From the NCBI RefSeq assembly GCF_000002075.1, contig NW_004797358.1:1495825-1557164 (forward strand): a DNA stretch of 61,340 bases. The letters run 5' to 3'. A program made the position numbers and the translations under genes. Within the stretch, counting starts at the first letter, position 1, and the number at the start of each line of letters is the position of its first letter. Shown here in pieces: positions 14,401-26,400 of the stretch. Under the pieces are notes generated by a model. That model did no database searches. It saw only the letters and a program-made list of their open reading frames with translations, and was not told where the DNA came from. The DNA comes from Aplysia californica. Lineage: Eukaryota.

Positions 14401-17400
14401 CTCGCTCCAGAATCTGGTCTTTTCTGGCCTCCACCATAGAAGAGCTTGTAAGTTTTATCCACCCTGTGGATGAGATGTTCAGTGCTTTACTTGGCTAAAT
14501 ATTGGTTGCTTATCGGGACACAGTGTGGAGAGGGAAAAATAGAATATACAATAAAAAATAAATATAAACTTTAAATGCCAAACAAGTCAGACCTTGAAGT
14601 TGGCACACCGGCCAAAAGCATAACCAGTTGCAACCACAAGTCACCTATCACCTGTCGTATGGTTGTGTTCACCCTTGGGTGCCCCACTTTTAGTCACAAC
14701 AGGCCTCCATCTTCCCCAGCCTTTGCTTTGATGTATTATTTCATGAAATTGTAGACCACTGTTAGATTTCACATTTTAAATGTGTGATGTAGGAGGTCTT
14801 CCCTCATTTTCTTTGCCTCTGTTCTGCCCTACAGCACAGTTGCTATTGGGTCTATTTTAATGCTTCTATTTGCGTGACCATGTTACTTGAGTCTTCTTTA
14901 GCTGATCTCAAAAAGCATTCTGCTCTGTGTATCAAGTTCTTTCAGGATACTTTCATTCGTTCTTTTATCTGTCCATTTGACCCAAAGCAGTCTAAGTCTT
15001 CGAAAAAACCACGTTTCTGCAGCTTGTACTCTGTCTTTGTCTTCCTAAGCCGCACTCCGATACAAAACTACAGGCCAAATCAGACTTTTCAAGTCATGCC
15101 TATTCTGCATTTGACATCCTTAATACACGTTCCATCCTCTGTATTTGCAGAACCTAAATATTTAAAGTTTGTTACATTTTCCATTTTTAACTCATCACAA
15201 TGAAAACTCAAAAGGACATATTCCACGATAACACATGGATTTGTATAACAGCGATTTCTACAAACAAAAGACACAAGAGGCAAATTATATGAGGCTGCCT
15301 ATAGGGCTAGGGACACAACACTCTGGAACAAAAAAGGCCTTGTCTGTAAAACCAGATTAGCTGTGAGTTCAAGAACTTAAATGGTAACCCATGAGCTCTT
15401 AGAAGTGTTGAGGAAGGGGTAGGGAGTGGGGTACACACACGCACCAATGGCAAGTTCTATCTCTGTGCTATCCCTCTACTATTTAAAAAAACCTCTCTTT
15501 CATTACTAATCACTATTTGACCCTAAGAAAGCCGATGTACCTATTTTATTTTAAACTCAAACTATGAGCCCCAGTGTGAAAGAGCAGAAAGAGAACAAAA
15601 AAAAGGTGACTCTCACCATCCCTTTCCTTTCCAAACTGCAAAAGCCAATACGTCTACTACTGCAAGCACTTACCCTGGTCCGTCACCACTGGAGCCACCA
15701 CTGGCCACCTGAGCTCCAGGCAACAAGTTGGGACTAGAGGCAGAGCCAAATTTCTTGTCCACTTCACCATCAAAGATCAGTCGATTTTGCCAGGATGGCT
15801 TCACATACTCGTACAAACCCTAGACGGAGGGAGGAAAAAGAAAAGAGGAGACAGCTCATATAAAAACATAACCCAGTAATGTTTGAAAATGCAAATGTAA
15901 TGAAAGTCAGGGTAAGAGGTAGAGGGTACAGCAGGTATTTCCTCCTTCTATACTATCTCTTGGGTGAATCTGCTACTTTCCTTTTTGGAGGCCCACACGG
16001 TCATCAGTGCACTAACAGGCGTCTTGTAAAACGTCGACTATGACAACATACTTTTTACAAAGAGGAACTTACAATAGTTCAACAAATAACAATAAAAATG
16101 GAAATTTATTGGAACCAAACCAGTTAAAAGACATGACCATGTATATAAAGAAAAAAAAAGGGACAAATGGGAGCCCTATTCGCTCTCAGTTGGACTCACA
16201 ATACATAAGTAGTAAGTTTGAATCCGAGATTAGTCAGATAGGACTTTGTACAGTAAAAGTTACAGTACCCATTTTTCTATCAGTTCAGTCAGCAGCAAAC
16301 TTGTAGGTAGCAATTGGAAAAGACATAATATGTAAGCAATAAGAGGAAACATCAAATAGGCAACAATGTTTATGTTATCCTGGGGACAAAAATAGTAAAT
16401 TGGAATGGCCAGGACAACCAGAGAATTATTATGGAGTAATGGAGTATACTGTGAGCTTTCTCTGGGACAAATGACTTTAAAAAAATAAGTAAGTGTTTTT
16501 ACACCCTAACAACATAATTTAGATAATTTAGGAGGCGGGCATCAACTCTGTCTATCACGGTCGACCCTGGGTGAGACACCTCAGCATAATGACCCAGATA
16601 CTCGGTAAAAATTCAACCCACTCAGGAACGTAACTAAGGTCTCCTGCATGTGACAGTAAAGCACCTAACCACTACACCACAGGTGCCAGGACAAACGACT
16701 TAACAAAAGGAAATTTTACACTTTTAACTCGAGCCAACCACACTCACCTCTTTCCCACCAGTTCTTCCGAAGCCGCTTGCCTTAGAGGCACCTGTGCCAG
16801 AGGCCGCATCATACATGTGGTGTCCGTTGACCCACACTGTGGACACCTGGAGCAGGGCAGCCACCTCAAGGGCAACAGTCAAGTCCTCTGTCCACACACT
16901 GGCTGCCAAGCCAAAAGGAGTGTGGTTGGCAATTGTGACACTTTCCTTGACCGTCCGGAAGGGAACTGCCACAACAATGGGACCAAGAACCTACATTTGA
17001 TTTCAGAAAAGAGAAATTAAGAAAAAGAAATATACCACATTCGATCCTCAATATGGGGAAATTTGAGTTAAAATAGTAAGTACATGGCATGCATAAAAAA
17101 GGGCTGAGGTTACATCATCATGTTAAAAATAAGGTTATTGTAGATAATTTATATGTTATCTTTGACACAATTTACATCATTTATGAGACAGGCTGACTTC
17201 TCCCTGCCTGTCAGGGCCAACCTGGGCTGAGATGGACATGACGTCCCAGCAGAAAGATGGAGATACCTGAGAAAAATTCTCCCCATACAGGAATCCAACT
17301 CATATCTTATGTGCAGTGCCGAAGTGCCAATCTGCTACACTACAGATGCTTGTCATCATAAAAATATTAACTCTCGAACTCACAACCACACGATAAAAAG

Positions 17401-20400
17401 TCACGATTACAATTCTGCTAGCCTAACCACTAAGTCACCAACGTGCCATACCATGTCACATATTATAACATAGTTGCAAACATTACCACACTGCATGCCC
17501 TTGCTGGTCATCAACAGATCAGCGCTCTGTACCCATTTGCAGCTGGGTTAACTGAAGCAAATCGAGTAAACTGCCTTTTTTAGGGATATAACACTCTGTT
17601 TGACTGAATTGGGAATCAATTTCAGCACTATTTTGTTGAAAGTCCAATGTCATGACCAGCTTTTGTTTCTTGAAAGATTTAACATTCGTTATCCTTTTTG
17701 TCTCCTTGAAAACCAAATTATACTCTCAAATATTCCTGAAATATAGATGCTGAGAAAGTCGATTATTGGACATTTTCAATCCAAATTTATGACTAGATAT
17801 ATTTTTTCTAAATAAAAATATTACCCTTAAATCTAAGAACAGTTTATGGGAATGAAACCTATTGTGAAATATATATTACTCACTTCTTTCAAATAAATTT
17901 CTGATGAAGTTTGTACATTTGTAATGAGTGTCGGAGGGAATGAATTCTGCCTTACAGTTGAAAGGTCACAAGCCTGAACCACCTGAAGAGGAGACAGTAA
18001 AAACCTTTAATTAAAACAGGAAGTAAATAAATAGAGGATGTTGAATCTCAACAGCATGAATAATGTACGTGTACACAGTTCCATTATAATTCAGAAAAAA
18101 GAAAGTTAACCATTGTATCTTCATTCTGATCTTTACTTTCAACTATTACAAGATTTGTTCTCAAACAACAGAATAAATCTGACAGGAGAGGGCGGCAATC
18201 TCAAAAATGCAATACTTGCAAGTCACCAAAGTAAACAATGAAAACATTACCCAAAAAATCAATACACAAATGAGAGATAGCTGAACACCATAAAATTATC
18301 TAAAACCACATTTAGAGAAAAAATTCGCACCTCGAGGAATTCTCAAGTTTATACTAGAAAGAGCAACTGAGGGCAACAAATAAAGCCATGAGAAGGTTAA
18401 CCTGACTTACCATATTCTGTTTAAGCGGATAAGCGTACCACTTTAGGAAAGGGAAAACCGCTGTTTTGGCGAGTTGTGGCGTTTGTGATCATTGCAATTG
18501 CCTCCTAATATTTCCTTTACTTTTCTCTCTTTACCATGTTAGCTACCTGTAACAGCTGGCAAGGTCTATAACTTTTCTTCCTCAAACAAACTAATTTTAT
18601 AATTATCTCTGTCTTTACCTCTGCCCCCTCAGCCTTTGCTCGTTCAACCAAGCTGGCAACACAGGAAAAGGTTTGATCGTCCAGTAATGGTCCCTGGTCA
18701 ACATTCTTGTCCAGGTTGTCTCCAACCGTCAACTTGTATATCCGTGCCTTCAATTTCTGTACAAAAGCCTTGTAAACAGTCTCTTGGATCAGGAGTCTTG
18801 AGCCAGTGTAAAAGGTCTGAGTAGATAGATTAAGACATTTCATGAGAACAGATGACAAAAGGTAGAAAAATTGAATCACAGGCTGTTCACGGCTCCCGCT
18901 TCATATGTATCATAACACAATGAAATCAGGCACTATTCAGTTTTGGGGCATACACAGTTACGATTAAAGGAGGTGGGGGTCACCTGGTGTCAGAGGTAAT
19001 AATATTAGCGAGAAAATGGTTTCCAAAGAGTGGTGACTTCTAAAATGTAAGCATTTTTAGAAACTGCTAGTTGACCTTTTTCATGCCTTTGATCAATATT
19101 TTGCAGCAAAATCCACACAGAACTGTTTTTTTTAAATGAACACACAAAAAAGGTGTTGAAAACCCCCCCCCAACCAATTGATAAAATTTGTCCAATGAAC
19201 AAATTTTGTATTTAGAATAGATTGAATTTGACATTTGATTCATACACGTATATAATCACCAAAACACAAATTATATGAAAATTCCTTCATTTCTTGGCAT
19301 TTTGGTGCATGATACACTTATTCTGTGACATATTTGGTCTAAATATGCTGTTGTTGTGTATCACCTTGATCAGAATTTAGTCAAGGGAAGAAACTCTGAT
19401 AAATCAATTCTGATCTAAATTCTAAACACTTCAATAGTTGATGGTGTGAAAGACTAGCTATTCCATAGCTTTTTTAAACATAGGTAGGCTAATACTAACC
19501 TATAAACAACACAGATGTAAAAATCAATACTTCTATAGAAAAATGCTTTTCACTTTTTGAAATCGGTTCATAAATAAAAAAGTGATAGCTGTGTACATGT
19601 CGGAAATTGTGGGTCTTTTGGAGAAAATTCCTAGAGGAATTGTGGCGTCAGTGGCCTAGTGGCTAGGCTCTCGGACCCGCAACTGTAAGGTCGAGGGTTC
19701 GAATCCCGTCAGGGGCCCGATGTTGTGTCCTTGGGAAAGGCACTTTGCATAAATTTTCCTCACTTCACCCAAGTGGAAAAGGGTACCTGGCTATAGACAG
19801 TGAACGATCTTGTCAGTTTGATAGTGTTTGAGCGCGTGAAATCCGCAGCTTGCACTGTATGCTTCCGCGGAAGCCGAGAATGTTTCTGAGTGTTCTCAGA
19901 GGGTCTGCTGGGGTAATAATAGTCGTAAAGAGCATAGAGCATGCTCTTGAGCACGGATATGCGCAATATAAATGCAATTATTATTATTATTAATAAAGAA
20001 GGGGAAAAGGTACCGAAATAATTACACAGGTTTCAGATTTGCTACCAACCAATCCTCTTTCTTCAATAAAAATTTGACTGTTACTGAAGATTATATCAGA
20101 AATTTTTTTTTCTGCAGTGAATGCCTCGATTTCTCCAGCATTTATTGATGTATGATACATGGGGCGACGCAAAAAAACCAGTGCTATGAACCAGCATGTT
20201 CCAGGGTTACCCTGGTGGGGCAAGTCTAAACCGTTTTCCCACTGCATGTGGTATAGCTTTAACGTCCAACAGCTATTCATTCTTAGTATACAGAAGGCTA
20301 CTCTACTTGTATGCAGTCATTTTTTCATCCTACTTCAGTGGCGTCGGTAGTTAGTAGTGAGGCTACCTGACTCGTAACCGTTAGGTTGCGGGTTCAGGGG

Positions 20401-23400
20401 CTCGACCCTCAGCTCCGTCCGACGTTGTGTCTTTGGTAAAGACACATTACATGAAATTTCAATTTGGCTTGTTCCTTTCTGAGACTGATGTTAAACTCAG
20501 AGGTCCCGCCACTTTAAAAATCTATTAGTGTCGATAGAGGCATTAAACCCATGCCATTTCATCCTATTTCAGCAGATCTACGAGTCACATTATAACAGCT
20601 GAGCCACGCTGTGCACCAAGCAAGAAAAATGTATTTCTGTTGCACTCAGTACGTTGAAACATTTTTCTTTAAAAATAGTCAATTTTTAAACTAAGGCAAG
20701 AATCATATATTACCTACTTTCAAGAATGACTCAATACATATGAATTCTGAGAGTTGGGCATGAAAAAAAAATTATGACACGTAGGGGTCAACATTTCACC
20801 AACTGTTCACCACATGACAATTGGTCGCTTTTAAACACAAGGGGGCTATCCCGAAAAATGCTGTTTTGAGAAAATCGAAGGTAAAGTTTTTGCCGCTTGT
20901 TCAGTTTCTTTAAAAGACAAAGAGAGTTTTCTCTATAACCAAACAAATATCCACACCAATGAAACCAAATTTCTCCTATAGGTAGGGCAATGTCTACTTT
21001 TGGTGCAGGTCAAGATTTCTGGAAACCCCCAAAATCTGGGTTAGCCCTCTTGTCCTTAAAAGCGACCAATTGAAAAGCATATCCAATGTAAAGTCACCTG
21101 TCCGGAGTTGAAAAAAGCAGCCTCAACAATGCCTTCTACCGCACTATCCAGATCGGCCCCTTCAAAAACCAAGACGCTTGATCGTCCAAACATTTCTAAG
21201 GACAGATCCTTGCCACTGCCAGCGGTCATCTGCCTCAGAGCCTTGCCTTCCTGGAGTGTAAACAGAGAAATGTTTAGTAAGAGTTTTACTTCACCTGGAA
21301 CACAATTAGGTTATATATAAGTGCAGAAGATTAGAGGTGTTAAAAGAGAGTAGCAAGCACAAAAAAAAGAAGGAGAGATAATGGTGATAGATGTTTGAAA
21401 GGAAAGCAGGAGCAAACTACACCACAGCACCCTCCAACCACTTATGGACAGAGAAAATTTCCATAAAAGACCTAGTTCTGCTGAAAAACACATTTGTTTT
21501 ACTGAAAAAACAAAACCTATGGCATCAGCAGCACTAGGAGTGAGCAGGCAAATGTTTACGGCATAAAGATTACTGATACTGTTAATAATAAAATCATTTT
21601 TGAAACATTCAAAAGTGTAAAAATTTCCGTGTCCTCATAGTCCCAGACAAAATGCAACAAGCCTGCCAGAACAGCTGGAGTAAAGACTAATAAAAGAGGG
21701 GTAACAGTTAATGAAATCCTAGGAGACGGGAGGCAACACCATCAGAAATCAGTGCCAGTAAAATGATAGGTGTATAAAACAACCCGTTCCTAAACAAAAA
21801 ATTAACATACCAACAAGCAGGCAGGTAAGAATAACTTATGCAACCATCTTAAATTGGTGTACAAAAAAGAAAAGAGACAGACAGAGATAGAGGGGCTTTA
21901 AAGAGAGACAGGCAAACAAATAGAGAGATAATGTGAGTAAAATTAACAAAGTTCATGTACAAAAACACACACAAACACACCTAAATATTAAATGCAGACA
22001 AATAAATCCCCAAAACGCCAAAACACTCACAGAAGCTGAGCCTGCAAATACAATCTTGTCCAGGCCATCTTTCGCAGCCACTCTCATGACATCAGCGCCA
22101 GTGACCACATTGAGCACGCCTGCAGGGAGGCCAGCCTGAGAGCAGATGTCAGCCAGGAGGAGACAGCTCAGAGGGTCAGATGCAGGTGGGATCACAAGCA
22201 CGGTGTTTCCCATGGCAAGGGCAGAGGCTACTTTCCCTGCCATCTGGACCAAAGGCAGCCATGCAGGCACAACAATGGCTATCACTCCTACGAGAGAAGA
22301 AAAAAAAATTGCTTGACAAAAAAGACTGTGAATGACAATGTATTATTACACTTCATCCCTCAACAACATAGGCACAGTTCAGATCATTCATGAGATAGTA
22401 GGCTCCCCTCCTGAAAACTTCCCCAACAAACTTCAAACTACTATTTCAGTTGCTTCGGAACAGACCAGCATTCCAGCCTTTTAGGGTTAGATGGTTATAA
22501 TTTAAAAGTCTTTACTGGAAAAACCCCCACCATCTCCTAAATGATGAATGAGAAGAACCAATAAGCGTAAAGTTATAATTTACTAGTGAAAAGAAAACCT
22601 TTGTACAACATCCAGAACTTATCTTAAGGAGTCAAATGATATTTGCCGTATGCATTCAACCCAAGACATTTTCCCTTCCACTTCTCGCAAGTTCTCATAA
22701 GTGTTATTTCAGTAGACAGTATAAATTTTTTGCAACTTCCAACTAGCAAAGCAAAAGTGAAATAGGCAAACAGGACCTCTTGGGATTTTTTCTCGTATCT
22801 AATATATTACAAGCTCGACACACCTAATCTAGAAAAGGGAATCCATGGACAACCATAAATAAACAAAAAACTTTTTAAAAAGTACCATAGCACAAGAAGC
22901 AAGCATTTTACTTCTGGACAACTGCACCCCTGAAGACAGAAAAAAAATCCAGTTCAGAGAATAAAATGTACCATAAGGTTTCCAGCCCCTCATCTGTTCC
23001 TCCATGAGGCCTGCCCAACCAGCATTGTGGTAGAAATAGCGGATGGCTGCTGGAGCCGACAGGCCCCTTGTCTCACGAGTGGGTTGGCCAGACGACACAG
23101 CTTCCACAACAGCTAACAAAGACTGATGTTTCTGAAGGTTGCGTGCAATACTGGGGTAGATTAGAAAATCAGACAAGGAGAATGAAAGTGAAAATTCTAA
23201 ATCTTCTCTGTACAGAATTATAATACAGACAGGATTATTACGAGAAGCTTTGTCATTTTTAGAAATTGAAGATAATAAGTTATTGGACTTTGGCAGCAAA
23301 CACATTAAGAGCACCAAATATTTTAGTCTCAAGAACCTTGGCTACATAGGCATATCACGTTGTCATAGGAAAGTTTTAAACCACAATTATGAAAAAAATA

Positions 23401-26400
23401 CAGATTTATTGTCTTTCAGAAGAAGCATTTCATTAATTTGAAGCCAAACATGAAAAATATCAGCAAAAGTTGTCTTTACCCCTTCTCTGCCCTACAAATA
23501 TTTAACCCTATCCGTACGTAGTGTTTTACTATCGTATCCATATGACGTGGGGAACTCTGCCAACACTTTCCAAATAGGAAATTTACTCGTTAATCCGACC
23601 CGTAAACTGTGCATGGCAGTCGGTCAAAAGGATTTTTTGAGAAATACTGAAAATTTCAAAGAGATCTTCGTACTAGAAGTTTTCTAAAATGTTAAGAATA
23701 CAACCCCGGGGGTACAAAATAATCCCCGGGCGTACAGATAGGGTTAATGTCATCACTAAACCATAACAAAGAGGTAACCTGTAAAGATGCTGAGCTCGAG
23801 CATGTCCTGATAATTCAGACCAAGACTTGAATGCTTGTTTTGAATTGTCAGCAGCAAATGCAATATCCTCGTCATTAGCCTTCAGAACTGTTGCCAATTT
23901 TTCACCTAAATTTTGAGAAGAAATTAACAATTAACATAGAAGCTGACTGAAAGATCAAGGCATATTTTTCATCTTTCATCCATGGCAAATACTGACCTAT
24001 ATATAGAAAGAATAATTTGAATTTGCGTTGTGTGTAGTTGGTACCTCTGGCAGCCAGTTTGCTGGTGGTATTGTGAAGAAAATTTGCATAGTTTAGTAAG
24101 GACTGTACAACTCATACAGTTGAAGGATGGCAGTTTAAAGGGGTAAATAGTATGTTTGTTTGTTTGTTTGTTTAGTATAGGGTTTTACGGCGCTCGCAAC
24201 TGCATAAGGTCATATGAGCGCGCAGAACACACCTAATACTTTTTCGTTGGTAGGAAATTTTGAATTTTGCCCGGGTGGCGGCCGAAGCCTACTCTTATCG
24301 ATTTTAGACCACCAAGGGATCTATAACGTGCGCAACTTGCACACGGGCCCTCCGAGATTTTTCGCCCTTGTCCGAGAAGGCTAGGTGTAGATCTTTCCTA
24401 CCAGAAGATCAGGGGTGTGGTAGAAAGACAGCTGTAAGAAGGAGTCAAGGAGTAACAGTAGAAAGGCTGCAGAAAGAGTCAGGAGCCCAGAGGAGGGGCA
24501 AGGGAGGTGAGAGGGTGGGGGCAGAAAGAGGAGACGAAAGCAGACGACAGAATATTGCTAGAGAGCAGGAAAGGAGGTGAAAGGAGACAATTTTAGAGAA
24601 GAAAATTTTTCAGTCGCTACCCAACACCTTAACCTCTAGGCCACGAGAGCCCTCAAATAGTATGTTTATATCTATTGGCTTTGCTTTTTGTGCATTGGCA
24701 AACCCTAGCAAAAAGCAGGGCTGGTGGCATAATGGGGGCTAATGGCTAGGGTAATGAGGTTTGACTGTAGGGCCCATTAGTTTATAACTTTCCTTCAGGC
24801 AAGTAGAAAACACCATTCAAAGCACTGAGCAGAGAGCCACAGAACACTGAGATTCCAAATGCACGATATACTTAGTGTCTTAGCAAAACAGTCAATACTG
24901 AGGTAGTTGTACACAATAAAGTAGCTTCATAGCGAAGGCTTCATGTCATTTAGAAAGAAAGTTCACATTTTGTCAATCATAAAGCATGGAAGATACTTTC
25001 GTCTCATCCTCAACTTAGATCATCCATATCTCCCATCCACCTCGGTGTCCTCATGAAAAAGTTTTATTTCTTATTGATGAAGAATGACATCTTCATTTTT
25101 CATTATCACAAGTGAAACAATGGAATCTACAAACTGACCATGCAGACGTCATCCATGAGGTGAACTGACTCTGGTTGGAGAGACTGTCATATATTGTGGT
25201 TCATTCTCATTTCATATGGCAAATCACAACTGGTTCAAATTATGAGGCAATTAGAGCAAGGTAAGAAAGGACAATACAGTGTTTCGATAGTTTCAAATGT
25301 TTGTTTTTTTCTTTTTAAAATTTTACATAAAATGAGATTTGATGTCTAGAGCCAAGTTCCAAAGGAGAGTATACAGAAATCAGCAAGTGAAAAGTATTCG
25401 GAAACATCCCCATGTGACATATTTGACAAAAGTTTCTTGTATACCAAAAACTCTTCTCACCCTGCAGGAAAAATTAAAATAGTAAAGCAAACCCTCCAAC
25501 AGTGGGTAAAGAAAACGTTTTTTTTTACAAGGAACATATTCTATCTTGCATTAAGAAAAAAATATGTGTATCACCTTTAAAAAAGTGATAAAATCAATTA
25601 TTAGTTATGCATGTTTATAAAACTAAAAGGTCAAGATACAAGTGAAAGAACTTTCAAACAAAAAGAAAGGAAAAAATAAGCATAATTGTTTCAATAGGAA
25701 TCCATGGTTCCAATTTTAAGATGCGGCTATATCAAATTTAGAATGCTAGACAGTATTGTAAGTCAATTCAAAAATGATTTTCCTAAGACGAAACCAAAAA
25801 AGTATAGTTTCTCATTGTCTCAGCATCTCTACCTGTAGTTGGTTTTTTCACATCAACAGTAGCTCTTCCCTCGGTTTTGTTCCATGTGCCATTGACGAAC
25901 TGTCCAAAACACTTGTTGTGTTTGTCAAGCCAAAGCTGTGAAAGGATATCATGATTTAAATGTCACAGGTTGAGAACATACCAGGATCTATTTTATTTAA
26001 GTTTTAAAAAAACAACAACAAATCTCTGCCCAGGCCTAACACTTATTATACACAAACATCAGTGCAATTGCTTCAGAGACTACAACACATAAATAGAATC
26101 AAGTCCTCCTGTACCCACCAACCTAGAAAATTGACTGCACATGTAATGCTCATCATGTTCTACATGAAAGTCACCTGAAATAAAGTGACAGGAAGGCTTG
26201 GTCTCAGTTAAATTAGACAATGCTTATAATAAAAGAGAGATCTTAGCCAATTATTCTTTGGGGGTAAAACCTAGATCTTTAGCATTGGGGAGATTTTTTT
26301 TACAATATTTTGCGGTGCTGGTTTAGTTGAAGGTCTACTGTGCTACGGTCATCTACATAAGTCCCACCCCATTGACCACGGTCAATTAACTCAATTGCAA

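Noticed and set aside
19642-19720. tRNA gene-like sequences (also 51739 and 44336)
   Set aside because: A/B boxes run on into a SINE core and (TTA)n tail; these are SINE heads, not tRNA genes.
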